Shown: positions 18,420 to 27,467, counted from the stretch's first letter. The stretch: DNA of 27,498 nucleotides from an uncultured cyanobacterium (GCA_963766075.1 CAVYAN010000082.1:1-27498); one strand, 5' to 3'. A program made the numbers and translations. Notes: generated by a model not told the origin, from the letters alone.

Positions 18420-19613
18420 ATGCAATCGAGAAATAATCGCAATCAAAAGTCGAATAAAGCTAAGCCTGGGACAGTTCAAATTCGTTGTTCTAACGAACGG
18501 TTATAGCTTGTCTTTCGGTTTGGTGGCCAGCGATATTTTATTTCGCTAGGGTTATCGGATACGTCCTATCATCGCAAGCTCGCTCAGGACAAAGCGTTGG
18601 AGATTGAGCGCGATCTTCAATATGGCGAATTTGATGTCACCCTTCAGAAATGTAAGCCGAAATCAGTATTGAGTACGAGCGATCCGATCGCGAAAATCGC
18701 CTCGACGCCTTTGACGCTCAATCAACTCTGGGAGAGATATCTAGAGTACAAGCGCCCCAATATGTCGCCCAAAACGATCAACGGCACCTACGAACCGGTC
18801 ACGGCTCACTTGCGGCAATGCTTGACCGATGGGTTGACCGATACCTTGAAGTTTCGGATGGAGTTGCTACAAGTCACGACTCAATCGCAAGCCCGTCGCA
18901 CGTTAATGCAATTGTCAGCCGCTTGTAAATGGGGAGTCCGGCACAGCTTGTGCAGTACAAACCCGTTTGCAGGGATATATGTTGAACTTGAAGCGACGAT
19001 TCCTGATCCCCCGGTTGCGTTTACGGTGGAGGAGCGTGATCGCATTATTGCTGCTTTCGAGAACCATACAGGCAAAGGAATGACTTATTGCCACTATGCC
19101 CCATTCGTCAAATTTTTGTTCTGGACGGGGTGCCGACCCTGTGAGGCGGTGGGCTTACGCTGGGGCAGTGTTGCCCCTGATTGTAGCAAAATTCATTTCC
19201 ACGAAAGCATTGTGGAAGTTTCTGGCAAACTGGAACGGCGATTGGAGACGAAAACTGGCGTGAAACGCTGGTTTAGCTGTGCCCCAAAATTACAGGAACT
19301 TTTGTTGTCAATTCGCTCTAGCAATCCTCAGCCTGAGTGGTTAGTCTTCCCAGCACCGAAAGGCGGTGCCATTCGTGAAACTAACTTTGGAGATCGGGGA
19401 TGGCATCGCATTTTGACCAGTTTGAATCTGGTGGAGAAAGATGGCATCAAGATGACTCCCTACAACTGTCGTGATACATTTATCACCCTTCAGGCAATCC
19501 AGGGAAAATCATCCACGACAATCGCGAGATGGGTCGGTAATTCTAGCAAAGTTGTTGAGGAAAAGTACTTGGATAAACTGCAAATTGAACACCTACGGCC
19601 GTCAGACATTTAA
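18420..19613 (+). pseudogene. Tyrosine recombinase/integrase with N-terminal arm-binding (DUF3596-like) domain and in-frame TAG at 18504-18506
   Basis: One frame reads MQSRNN...GTVQIRCSNERL*LVFRFGGQRYFISLGLSDT...ALEIERDL. Catalytic motifs TGCRPCE, TKTG, YNCRDTF and GNSSKVVEEKY. Confidence 0.88.
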
Positions 19614-19622
19614 AACCTAAAA

Positions 19623-19663
19623 CAGTTGAAACTTAAGCTCACTCTGAGTTTAAGTTTCAACTG
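19623..19663. terminator. Hairpin after the integrase
   Basis: CAGTTGAAACTTAAGCTCA-CTC-TGAGTTTAAGTTTCAACTG. Confidence 0.75.
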
Positions 19664-19969
19664 GGTGGGTTTACGGCAGTTTTTAAATCAATATGCGATG
19701 TGCAGCTTTTCAGCCTAGCAACTGCATAATTGCTCCGCAACGCTGCGCGTTTCTGGTATGCCGCAGGCTATACGCGGCTACCAGGGCAAATTAAAGCCGC
19801 ACATTGTGTAATCAATACCTCATAGTGTGAGTATTCTGCTCACACTATGAGGCACATGCACGATTACGCTCACACTGCTCAAAACGGGGTTTTCAATTTA
19901 CAACTGCGATCAGGTCTAGCGATAAAAAGCGGTTATCGAATTCTACACAGCAACGCAGAAGTGCCTTAC

Positions 19970-20263
19970 TCAATTGACAAGATTGTCCATAGCAGAAGTT
20001 CGAGCGGCATTCTTTTTGGGTGTCTTCTGATGGCTTAGCAGATTAGCCTGATACACCTCGATCGCTCGTCGGTGTGCATTAGGATTATTGCGATTGTGAA
20101 CCCAGTCCTGAATTAACTCCAGGTTATAGCGCACACATCGACAATTAATCCGCACCCAGTGGATGCCCTCGATCCAGTCACCCTGAACTCGATACCTTCT
20201 CAGCGTTTCGCCACTTAAGGCAAGGGACTGTGAAGCTTGTTGCTTGCTGACAAATAGAACCAT
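19970..20263 (-). CDS. Excisionase-like small winged-helix DNA-binding protein
   Basis: HTH SKQQASQSLALSGETLRRYR plus WIEGIHWVR...VRYNLELIQDW; convergent with the integrase. Confidence 0.7.
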   Translation of the reverse strand: MVLFVSKQQASQSLALSGETLRRYRVQGDWIEGIHWVRINCRCVRYNLELIQDWVHNRNNPNAHRRAIEVYQANLLSHQKTPKKNAARTSAMDNLVN

Positions 20264-21049
20264 TGTTTCAGACTCCTATCCAGTTGAAATACGAAAGCCT
20301 GATTAGCACTAAGATATCTAGGCATTAAATCAGCATGAGGATAAATTAACTCCAGGTTTGAAAAAAGGAACTGGGTATTTCCTACAGGCTGACTTCTAGA
20401 GCTAACTGTCTTCAGAACAGGTGAAATTGCTGTGGAAACGTATTTTCGCCTCAAAGATTTAGTTGACAGAAATCACTAAATTTTAGTGAGATTAACGGAA
20501 CCACATTGAGGTAGATACAGTTATTGTACATGAATTCTGAATTCTGGCTGATAAAATGCTGATATAATTTACGCCACATTAGAAATGCTGATAAAATGGT
20601 GGATATTCTATCTCAGCAATTTTGTTCGCTAAAATTAGTCCAACTGCTCAAATTGCTAGTTATGGTGAATTTAGGTCTGCTTCAGTCACATATAACCAAA
20701 ACTAATGGACTGAGTCGCTTTGAGCCAATATGCTCTTTTTGCTTGGGGCTAAAAATCGCACTAATTCGTTCCAGGTAGAAATTCATGCCACGAGATCGCT
20801 GACAAATGAGCATCAAGTGTGAGTCGCCGTAAATTCGACAACATCGCAACTATTAAGCAGTTACTCGGTGAAACTGGAAGCATAGAATAGTTACAGCCTA
20901 AGCGATCTGGATAGATGTAAAGTAAATCAGCACCAAGTCAGCGGTTATGGAAAAACTCGGCTAAAATAAAATATGTTTACCTTGTTAGGTGTTCTACGTT
21001 AGTTCCTACTTCATCCCATTGACGAGCTTTATCTTTAATCTTTCCAGTT

Positions 21050-21250
21050 ATGGCTAGACCACGCAACAACTCCACCGCCTCCACCGATCCCGACAGCGCC
21101 AAATCCGCCAATAAAGAGCGGGTGCGGTTCATCTTTGAACCCGATCGCCACTCGCCCAATGGCGTTACCTTTTCCTGGCTAATCCACAGTACCTACGGAG
21201 GCAAAGAAAAGGCCGCCACAGCAACTCGGGCCTTCTGGTTGCCCTTTGCC
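21050..21250 (+). pseudogene. Element hypothetical protein truncated by IS1 insertion
   Basis: ORF MARPRNN...RAFWLPFA runs straight into the IS end at 21251 and stops inside it. Confidence 0.55.
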
Positions 21251-21575
21251 GGCGTTGCATAATAGGGGTATGAATTAGGGTGAATTAGCATGGAATGTCC
21301 TGAGTGCAACTCAACCCATGTCCGTAAAAATGGAATCAAGAAAGGTAAACAAAATCACATTTGCGTCGATTGTGGTCGGCAATTTATTGATGTTTATGCC
21401 CCGCCCCGAGGCTACAGTGACGCGATGAAACGGGAATGTCTCACGATGTATGTCAACGGCATGGGGTTTCGGGGGATCGAGCGGGTCAAAGGGGTGCATC
21501 ATACCACCGTGATGACTTGGGTCAGACAAGTTGGCGAACGCCTGCCGAATGCTTACGCCCCTGACAAAACTCCCC
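21251..21575 (+). mobile_element. IS1-family element, left part (IR plus truncated InsA from 21290)
   Basis: End GGCGTTGCATAATAGGGGTATGAA; zinc ribbon CPEC...CVDC; HTH GMGFRGIERVKGVHHTTVMTW; no DDE part. Confidence 0.88.
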
Positions 21576-21666
21576 GGCGTTGCTGGATCAAGGGATGAAT
21601 TGATTTCTGAAAGCCAGTCAGAGACTATCGGAGATTTACAAAATCATCCCGCCAATCAGCAACGCC
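21576..21666. mobile_element. 91-bp MITE with ends resembling the adjacent IS1 end
   Basis: Left end GGCGTTGCTGGATCAAGGGATGA; reverse complement of right end GGCGTTGCTGATTGGCGGGATGA. Confidence 0.75.
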
Positions 21667-22096
21667 AAAAAAGACTATCGGTGGAACCGGACTCGACAGA
21701 GCCATCGCCGGAACCAAGACCCGCTCAAAAAAGCGTTGAAATGGGCAGATTTGCAGACCCCCGGCAGGAGGGTCATATCGACCTGAAGTACTTGGATGAA
21801 GCCGGATTCTGCCTGTGGAGTCCAGTCAGCTACAGCTATAGTTTCGTGGGCCAGCAGAAACGGATGGAGCAGACGGCTAAGCGCTACGGCAACCGCATTA
21901 GCATCTGGGGTTATGGCAACTGGGGGAGCGCTTTGAATATGCCCTGGCACAAGGCGGCTTCAAGAGCACCAGTTATATTCAGGTGGTGGACTGGGTGGCC
22001 GAGAAAGCCGCCCAAACCTTGGGAGAAACCGGACGGTTGACGAATCCGATTGAGGGGGAGTGGCATCAGCTCAAGACCTATGAAATCCCTGGACGA
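21667..22096 (+). pseudogene. IS630-family transposase remnant (frameshifted, internally deleted)
   Basis: YRWNRTRQSHRRNQDP, IDLKYLDEAGFCLWSP and NPIEGEWHQLK in different frames; the middle catalytic Asp region is missing. Confidence 0.85.
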
Positions 22097-22749
22097 AAGT
22101 ATCCAGCAATCCCCAACTCTTGCCGTACTTGGCTTAAGGGTTTATCCCAATTGTCTTCCACGGGGTAAGCGACCACGGGGCTGGAGGTTTGCCCCATGCG
22201 AAAGCCGCGGACGATCGCTCGTAACAAGGGAATTGTCCAGATCGGATTCGTCAAGCTTATCGGCACAAACGACAGCACGAATACGTTTAACATATCTCGG
22301 TACTGGACGATCGTAAATGCTGCGACTGCAAATTCGCCAATCGGGCTGGCATCATACCCAGCAATGATGTGAAAAATATCATGACCAATGGCGGTGCGCT
22401 GCTTTAGCCAATCATCATCTGGGAACAAAAAGGCATTGGGATCTAGCCCCAGCCCAATCATGTGTCTGGCATAGGCTCCTCCTAACGTTTCTGCGGGCAG
22501 TTGCGCCAATTGCTCTAGATCGATCGCGATTGTTCGTCCTGCCAAATGCGCGGCCTGTCTGGCCAGACGACGATTCACCCAGCGTTGCCAGTTGCTGTGG
22601 CGTTGGGCCTGCAAGATATGCCGAATCCCAACGCTGGCATTTCCCAAAAAAGTCTGATAGGCCAATCGCACTTCCCGCCAGTTGACTCCGGCTAGGGGAG
22701 AACGAGAAACCCAATGGCGAGGAGTTCGGTAGGTCGTTAGTCCGGTCAT
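22078..22749 (-). CDS. Coq4-family protein
   Basis: LAQLPAETLGGAY, metal motif HDIFHIIAGY...GE, WDKPLSQVRQELGI; GGAGG SD before ATG 22749. Confidence 0.85.
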   Translation of the reverse strand: MTGLTTYRTPRHWVSRSPLAGVNWREVRLAYQTFLGNASVGIRHILQAQRHSNWQRWVNRRLARQAAHLAGRTIAIDLEQLAQLPAETLGGAYARHMIGLGLDPNAFLFPDDDWLKQRTAIGHDIFHIIAGYDASPIGEFAVAAFTIVQYRDMLNVFVLSFVPISLTNPIWTIPLLRAIVRGFRMGQTSSPVVAYPVEDNWDKPLSQVRQELGIAGYFRPGIS

Positions 22750-22780
22750 AAGCCACCTCCTGTGGTTGAAATGGGGTTGT

Positions 22781-22845
22781 GTATGCTTTCTTTTGAATAT
22801 GCAATCTAGTGCATATAGACAAAGTATATGCAAAAAAGTGAATAG
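22781..22845. promoter_or_regulatory. Three palindromic operators ATATGCA-N6-TGMATAT
   Basis: Perfect copy at 22797-22816; imperfect copies at 22781-22800 and 22826-22845; located between the divergent coq4-like and padR genes. Confidence 0.65.
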
Positions 22846-22881
22846 TCAAGTAAAATTTAGAAAAGTCTTGGATTTGGAGTG

Positions 22882-23418
22882 ATGGCGTTATCCCATGCGA
22901 TTTTGGCGGTGTTGGCGGGGCGGGCCTGTAGTGGCTATGACTTGGCCAAGCAGTTTGATGGTTCGGTGGGCTTTTTTTGGCATGCAACGCACCAGCAGAT
23001 TTATCGGGAGTTGACAAAACTGGAGGAAAATGGATGGGTCGATGGGGTGATGATTCACCAAAATGGGCGACCGGATAAGAAGTCGTATTCGATTAATCCG
23101 GCGGGAACAGCGCAGTTGCAGGCGTGGATTGCCCAGCCGACGCCGCTGGCTCCGATGAAGGATGAGTTGCTGACGAAGCTGTTTGTGGGGCATTTGGTGC
23201 CGATCGCAACGCTGCGGCAACGTCTGGAGGAGCAGCAAGCGCAACATGCTGAAAATCTGGCGACGTATCAGACGATTGAGCGGCAGTTTTTTGCCAATCC
23301 GGCTGAACTCTCGCGGTCAGCGCTGTGCCAATACCTCACTCTGCGCAATGGCATTCACTATGAAACCGGTTGGCTGGCTTGGTGTGATGAGGCGATCGCG
23401 GCGATCGGGGTTGATTAG
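22882..23418 (+). CDS. PadR-family transcriptional regulator with AphA-like C-terminal domain
   Basis: MALSHAILAVL, SGYDLAKQF, FFWHATHQQIYRELTKLE, RPDKKSYSI, LTLRNGIHYETGWLAWC. Confidence 0.93.
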   Translation: MALSHAILAVLAGRACSGYDLAKQFDGSVGFFWHATHQQIYRELTKLEENGWVDGVMIHQNGRPDKKSYSINPAGTAQLQAWIAQPTPLAPMKDELLTKLFVGHLVPIATLRQRLEEQQAQHAENLATYQTIERQFFANPAELSRSALCQYLTLRNGIHYETGWLAWCDEAIAAIGVD

Positions 23419-23526
23419 ACTTGTATGTACGCAGTAGGAAATGCGGGGTAATGACTCGGACGTAGTGATTCTCGCTAGTACATCGTTTAGGAGCTTCGCG
23501 ACACCCTGGAGCCAGATCGCTACGCT

Positions 23527-23586
23527 CAAAATCTGGACAATGGCTTGCCCATGTTGATCGACTTGAGCTTTTTCGGCTGGGGTCAT
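23527..23586 (-). pseudogene. Short transposase N-terminal remnant (ISKra4-like)
   Basis: MTPAEKAQVDQHGQAIVQIL resembles cyanobacterial ISKra4-type N-termini (from memory); similarity ends after about 20 codons. Confidence 0.4.
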
Positions 23587-23678
23587 GTGACCCTACACTC
23601 CACATGACCTTACATTCCATAAGTCAGGCCAAACCCCCGAGGATACAAGACTCATTTTTCCATCGGGGACAACTACGC

Positions 23679-23748
23679 ATCAAAACCCGGCATTCCGTAA
23701 CGCCGAGTTTTGATTGGCAATTTGATTGGCACTTTGATTGGCACTTTG
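23679..23748. repeat. Hairpin plus 12-bp tandem repeat downstream of dyp
   Basis: ATCAAAACCCGGC-N10-GCCGAGTTTTGAT (23679-23714) overlapping TTTGATTGGCA(A/C) x3.3 (23709-23748). Confidence 0.85.
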
Positions 23749-23760
23749 CAGGGAGATCGC

Positions 23761-25401
23761 CTACTCTGCTAGGTGCTTTAACCCCTGGATGGAGGGCGAG
23801 AAGAAATAGCCGCCGCCCGTAGGAATCACCCAATCGGTGGGTAATTTGACCGTGGCATGATTGGCTGGATTCTCTGCCTGGAGGACAACGGTGCGATCGC
23901 GCGTGGACGGGTCAGGACTTTGCCCCAAAATTGGATCGTGGCCACTGCCCGGATCCGGGAAATCAGGATTATTCACCCAAAGATTGGTGACAAATTCAAA
24001 CTGACGCTCGATGGAGGTTTGGTAAGCCAGGAACAGTAAGCCGCGATCGCGATCGACCCGCTGCTGGTTCCAATAGGCGACCAGCCCGTCCAGCAACATT
24101 GCCAAACTGCTCACAAGACGGCTCGGGTGGACCGGGCAACCGCTGGTCATGGGTGCCCCAAAGGGAATGCCCCGCCGTAACAGACGATGGGTTTGCGTGG
24201 CGCTTTCATTGATAAACGGTGCCCGTTCGGTATCCCGAGGATAGGCTTTGCGGATATGCCCCGCAAAGGGACACCGTAGCCCCTTCCCATCTTCTCCCTC
24301 AAATTCAAAATCCAGATCATCCGCCAGGGCAGGATTGTCTTGATCCGGCGCATTCACAATCGGGGCACCACTCGCCCAGCGTCCGACTAACTTGGCACCA
24401 AATTTTTCTGCCGTTATCCCGGCAAAGGCGGGATTGGTTTGGGACAGTTGAGCCGCTGCCGCCTTCACAAAGGCGCGGAAGCCTTTGACATCCTGGCGCA
24501 ATCGCCGGAACACCAAATAGGAACCGTTGGCAGCCCAGGCCGGACCCGCTGTCGCGATCGCGCCGGGTTTGATATTCAACCCATCAATCTCTGGATCGGG
24601 CTGCCCGATTTGGGTGGGATAGCCAAAGACAAATTCACCAGCATGGAGCAAATCTTGCCCCGGCTTACCTTGCTCCGGATTTTCTGGATTTTCCCGAGGG
24701 GTGAGAAACTCGTGGGGCGCTTCGGGCAGGCGACCGCGAATCCCCGGCTGCGAAATCCCATCCTTAAAGCCAAAGTGTTCGTGTCCAGCCAAGGCCCCCG
24801 GTAAGGTCTCGCCCCGTTGCTTAAACATCACCTCTAGCCCCCGGCCCAACGTAGACTCCAACCATGTCACGGTTTCGGCCAGGCGGGGTTTGTCATCACT
24901 GGCAACAATCAACACGATATCGGGTACATTGTGCGCACCCCCAATCAGCCATTGGCTGGGATGTCCTGGCGCACTGGGGTTTGTGGGGTCACCGAGGCTA
25001 GCCGAGCGATTGTGCAAGCCCTCTTTGAACGCTGCATCGGTAAACTGGTCGGCATCGGGGGTGAGCTTTTTCAACCCCTCAAAGGTGAAGCCAATATTGA
25101 GAAACGTCGATCGGACGGTGCCTTCCTGCCCATGCCGACGGCGGCGGGTTGCTTTAAACAGTTGGTTGAACTTGAGTACTTCGGCAGCCGTAGCAATATA
25201 GGGTTCAATCATGCAAAGCCACTGCTTGGCCGCAGCCACTTGAGTGATTTTGAGGAAAACCAGCATCTCATGGTCTTTGTGAAAACCACCGAGAATATTG
25301 CCTTGAATGTCATGGGTGGCCAAGATCGGTTCTTCCCCTACGGTTTGCCCGTAGCTGGATGAAACGGATGTGATGACAGCAGGATTTTCTGTTTGCAGCA
25401 T
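23761..25401 (-). CDS. Dyp-type (dye-decolorizing) heme peroxidase
   Basis: DIQGNILGGF, EHFGFKDGISQP (GxxDG), GSYLVFRRLRQ, CPFAGHIRKAYPR (proximal His), LLRRGIPFG, GLLF, PTGGGYFFSPS. Confidence 0.95.
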   Translation of the reverse strand: MLQTENPAVITSVSSSYGQTVGEEPILATHDIQGNILGGFHKDHEMLVFLKITQVAAAKQWLCMIEPYIATAAEVLKFNQLFKATRRRRHGQEGTVRSTFLNIGFTFEGLKKLTPDADQFTDAAFKEGLHNRSASLGDPTNPSAPGHPSQWLIGGAHNVPDIVLIVASDDKPRLAETVTWLESTLGRGLEVMFKQRGETLPGALAGHEHFGFKDGISQPGIRGRLPEAPHEFLTPRENPENPEQGKPGQDLLHAGEFVFGYPTQIGQPDPEIDGLNIKPGAIATAGPAWAANGSYLVFRRLRQDVKGFRAFVKAAAAQLSQTNPAFAGITAEKFGAKLVGRWASGAPIVNAPDQDNPALADDLDFEFEGEDGKGLRCPFAGHIRKAYPRDTERAPFINESATQTHRLLRRGIPFGAPMTSGCPVHPSRLVSSLAMLLDGLVAYWNQQRVDRDRGLLFLAYQTSIERQFEFVTNLWVNNPDFPDPGSGHDPILGQSPDPSTRDRTVVLQAENPANHATVKLPTDWVIPTGGGYFFSPSIQGLKHLAE

Positions 25402-25633
25402 ACGCGAGGTCTCGTCAAAAAGGTTTCGGACTGAACTCAGTTATGGCAATTTTCTCTGGCTCTTAGCAGTACCCTCGCGGGTAGTTTCACACACTTAGAT
25501 CGGGCCACTCATGGACTGAACTGTTTCGGTGATATTCGGTGATATCGGTAGATGAGACCAACGGGGTACACTTTAGGGCGCTGGTCACGGCTCGAAGCCA
25601 ATCAAAACTCGGCTGGCGCGATCGCATTTTCAC

Positions 25634-26650
25634 CTAGGATGGAAGGTGCAGGGGAATATGGAGTCGTCCAGCAATTTCCGGGAATCGGTCACGATCCGCC
25701 ACGATGAAAAACCCCAATTCCCCATTTTCGTGATAATCCAGGCCAAAGCGGAAGGTATGCTCTTGTCGATCCATTCTGTCCATTAGCTGATTGAAGTGAT
25801 TCATTACGGCCTCGACATCCATCCAAGTGCCCCTGCAATCTGCTCGAAACTGATATGTTTCGCCATTGAGACTGTACTGCACAACCCAATGGGAACCCTG
25901 ATCGCTGAAGACGCCAATTCCCTCGGCGCGTTGGTCGGAGAGCAAGAATTGCGTCGTTGTTCCATCAGGATTTCGCATAGAGAGTTCAGTTGTGGCGCTC
26001 ACATCCTTAAACCGCCCTTCTGCTTCGATGCCTTGCGAAATGCTGTTCAGACAAATGGGAGGACTTGCTGACTGAGCAAGATCCCTGAAAAGTTCATCAT
26101 GCCGAGGTTCAAACCCTATATCACGCAGGCTTGCATAGACTACCCGTAGCCCAAATAGTTCATAAATGATGCTGATATGGTCATGCAGTATTAAGGCTGG
26201 GTTCTGAATCCACGCGTTGATTGTTTCGATAGACTCTGGTGGCCATTGCTCAACAATTCCAGCTTCTTGCAGCATTTGTGAAACATAAGAAGCCGTATGC
26301 CCCTCTTCCTGCCACCTAAACATAAGACGATGCCAGGGATGCAATTGTGCTAATGTTTCCGATCTTCTACAACCATATTTCAGCAGGGTGTAGGCTAGAA
26401 AGTGCCCAGCATAGTCAGTGGGATGATCCCCTAAAGCATCTCTCAACGCATCGACAAGATCTGGGTCTGCTGCCCAGGTGCCATGCTTGTAGATTTCTTC
26501 GCTATGTTCTTTGTAGGCGCGATTTGAAAGCTCTATGCACACCTCATAAACACGGTAAACCTCATCATTTTCATCTCGAAAAGGGTGGCGGTCATACCAT
26601 CCAAGTAATTTGAAAAGCTCTTTGGTACTGGGTTTAAAATCGTTGGGCAT
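25634..26650 (-). CDS. Hypothetical protein, 338 aa (possible former integron cassette gene)
   Basis: Long ATG ORF with AGAAGG upstream, lower GC than core genes, no recognised motif. Confidence 0.8.
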   Translation of the reverse strand: MPNDFKPSTKELFKLLGWYDRHPFRDENDEVYRVYEVCIELSNRAYKEHSEEIYKHGTWAADPDLVDALRDALGDHPTDYAGHFLAYTLLKYGCRRSETLAQLHPWHRLMFRWQEEGHTASYVSQMLQEAGIVEQWPPESIETINAWIQNPALILHDHISIIYELFGLRVVYASLRDIGFEPRHDELFRDLAQSASPPICLNSISQGIEAEGRFKDVSATTELSMRNPDGTTTQFLLSDQRAEGIGVFSDQGSHWVVQYSLNGETYQFRADCRGTWMDVEAVMNHFNQLMDRMDRQEHTFRFGLDYHENGELGFFIVADRDRFPEIAGRLHIPLHLPS

Positions 26651-27287
26651 CGATCAATGTTACCTTCTGTTAGGAGTGAAGTTTAACGACCCGTATTACC
26701 AAACATCTTCATCATGAGCCAGAGCTGAAAAAGCAGCACACTGCATGGATGCCCCAGATTAACCCGGTGATGGAGTCGCCCCCTGAAGCGCGCGATCGCC
26801 CCTGAACTAAATTCAGAGCATATCTAGCTTACGCCGCTTCCTCTAGATATTCGGCAAAGTTATATAGACTAGGACGGGGTACGGTCTCTATAACATCTCT
26901 GTACCCATTGTGGCGTAGCCATAACACATCAAATCACAAGCCCGCATGGGTTAAGCGATCGCTACATCCTACCCACTTTCGCGAACGGAGCGCCCAAGCA
27001 AACCCACAGCGAAAAAATCCCCGGCGATCGGGCCAAAACAAAGCGCATTCGGCAAGACAGACGTAGAAGCGCATTCAATATTCAATGCCCGGTCGGAGGG
27101 GATTTTTTTCGCTAAAATGCCGTTCGCGCGTAGTGAGCCAGTTTGCCGGTGGTACACGGGCCATGGGGGAGTCCGTCACGTTGGATCAGTCTCGCATCGA
27201 AAGTGCAGGGTGATTCGCAAGATGTGACCAACGGGAGCGCGTTGGAGCTGGCAGATGGTTCGATTTTGCCCGCGAGGGAGGGCATAC

Positions 27288-27316
27288 AAAAAAGCCCCCG
27301 GCTAGAGCTAGGGCTT
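27288..27316 (-). terminator. Rho-independent terminator, minus strand
   Basis: AAGCCCTAGCTCTAGCCGGGGGC followed by T6 on the minus strand. Confidence 0.55.
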
Positions 27317-27380
27317 AAGACGTGATGGGGAATGGCTATTAAGGGGCGATCTCATCACACTAGGAAAAGGTTTTAGCTAT

Positions 27381-27467
27381 CTATGATGCTCCTATCACCC
27401 GCCGCAGATAATCTTTGCACCAAATCAGTTACCTTTCGACGGTCGGTGTGCATGGGCGTTGTTAGCT
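27381..27467 (-). other. Integron attC-like site with decayed R' box
   Basis: Minus strand: AGCTAAC-AACGC-CCATGCACACC ... GGGTGATAG-GAGC-ATCATAG; the L boxes pair with extrahelical bases. Confidence 0.55.

Noticed and set aside
22099..22113. GTATCCAGCAATCCC as a right inverted repeat matching the MITE/IS1 ends
   Set aside because: It coincides with the conserved Coq4 coding end (ELGIAGY); chance similarity cannot be excluded.
23709..23748. CRISPR array
   Set aside because: 12-bp contiguous units without spacers; no cas genes.
23761..23820. Dyp as encapsulin cargo
   Set aside because: No GSLxIGSL-type targeting peptide at the C-terminus and no encapsulin gene in the window.
26914..26938. 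Third attC right half (minus strand GTGATTTGATGTGTTATGG)
   Set aside because: R' departs from GTTRRRY, and there is no matching left half or downstream ORF.
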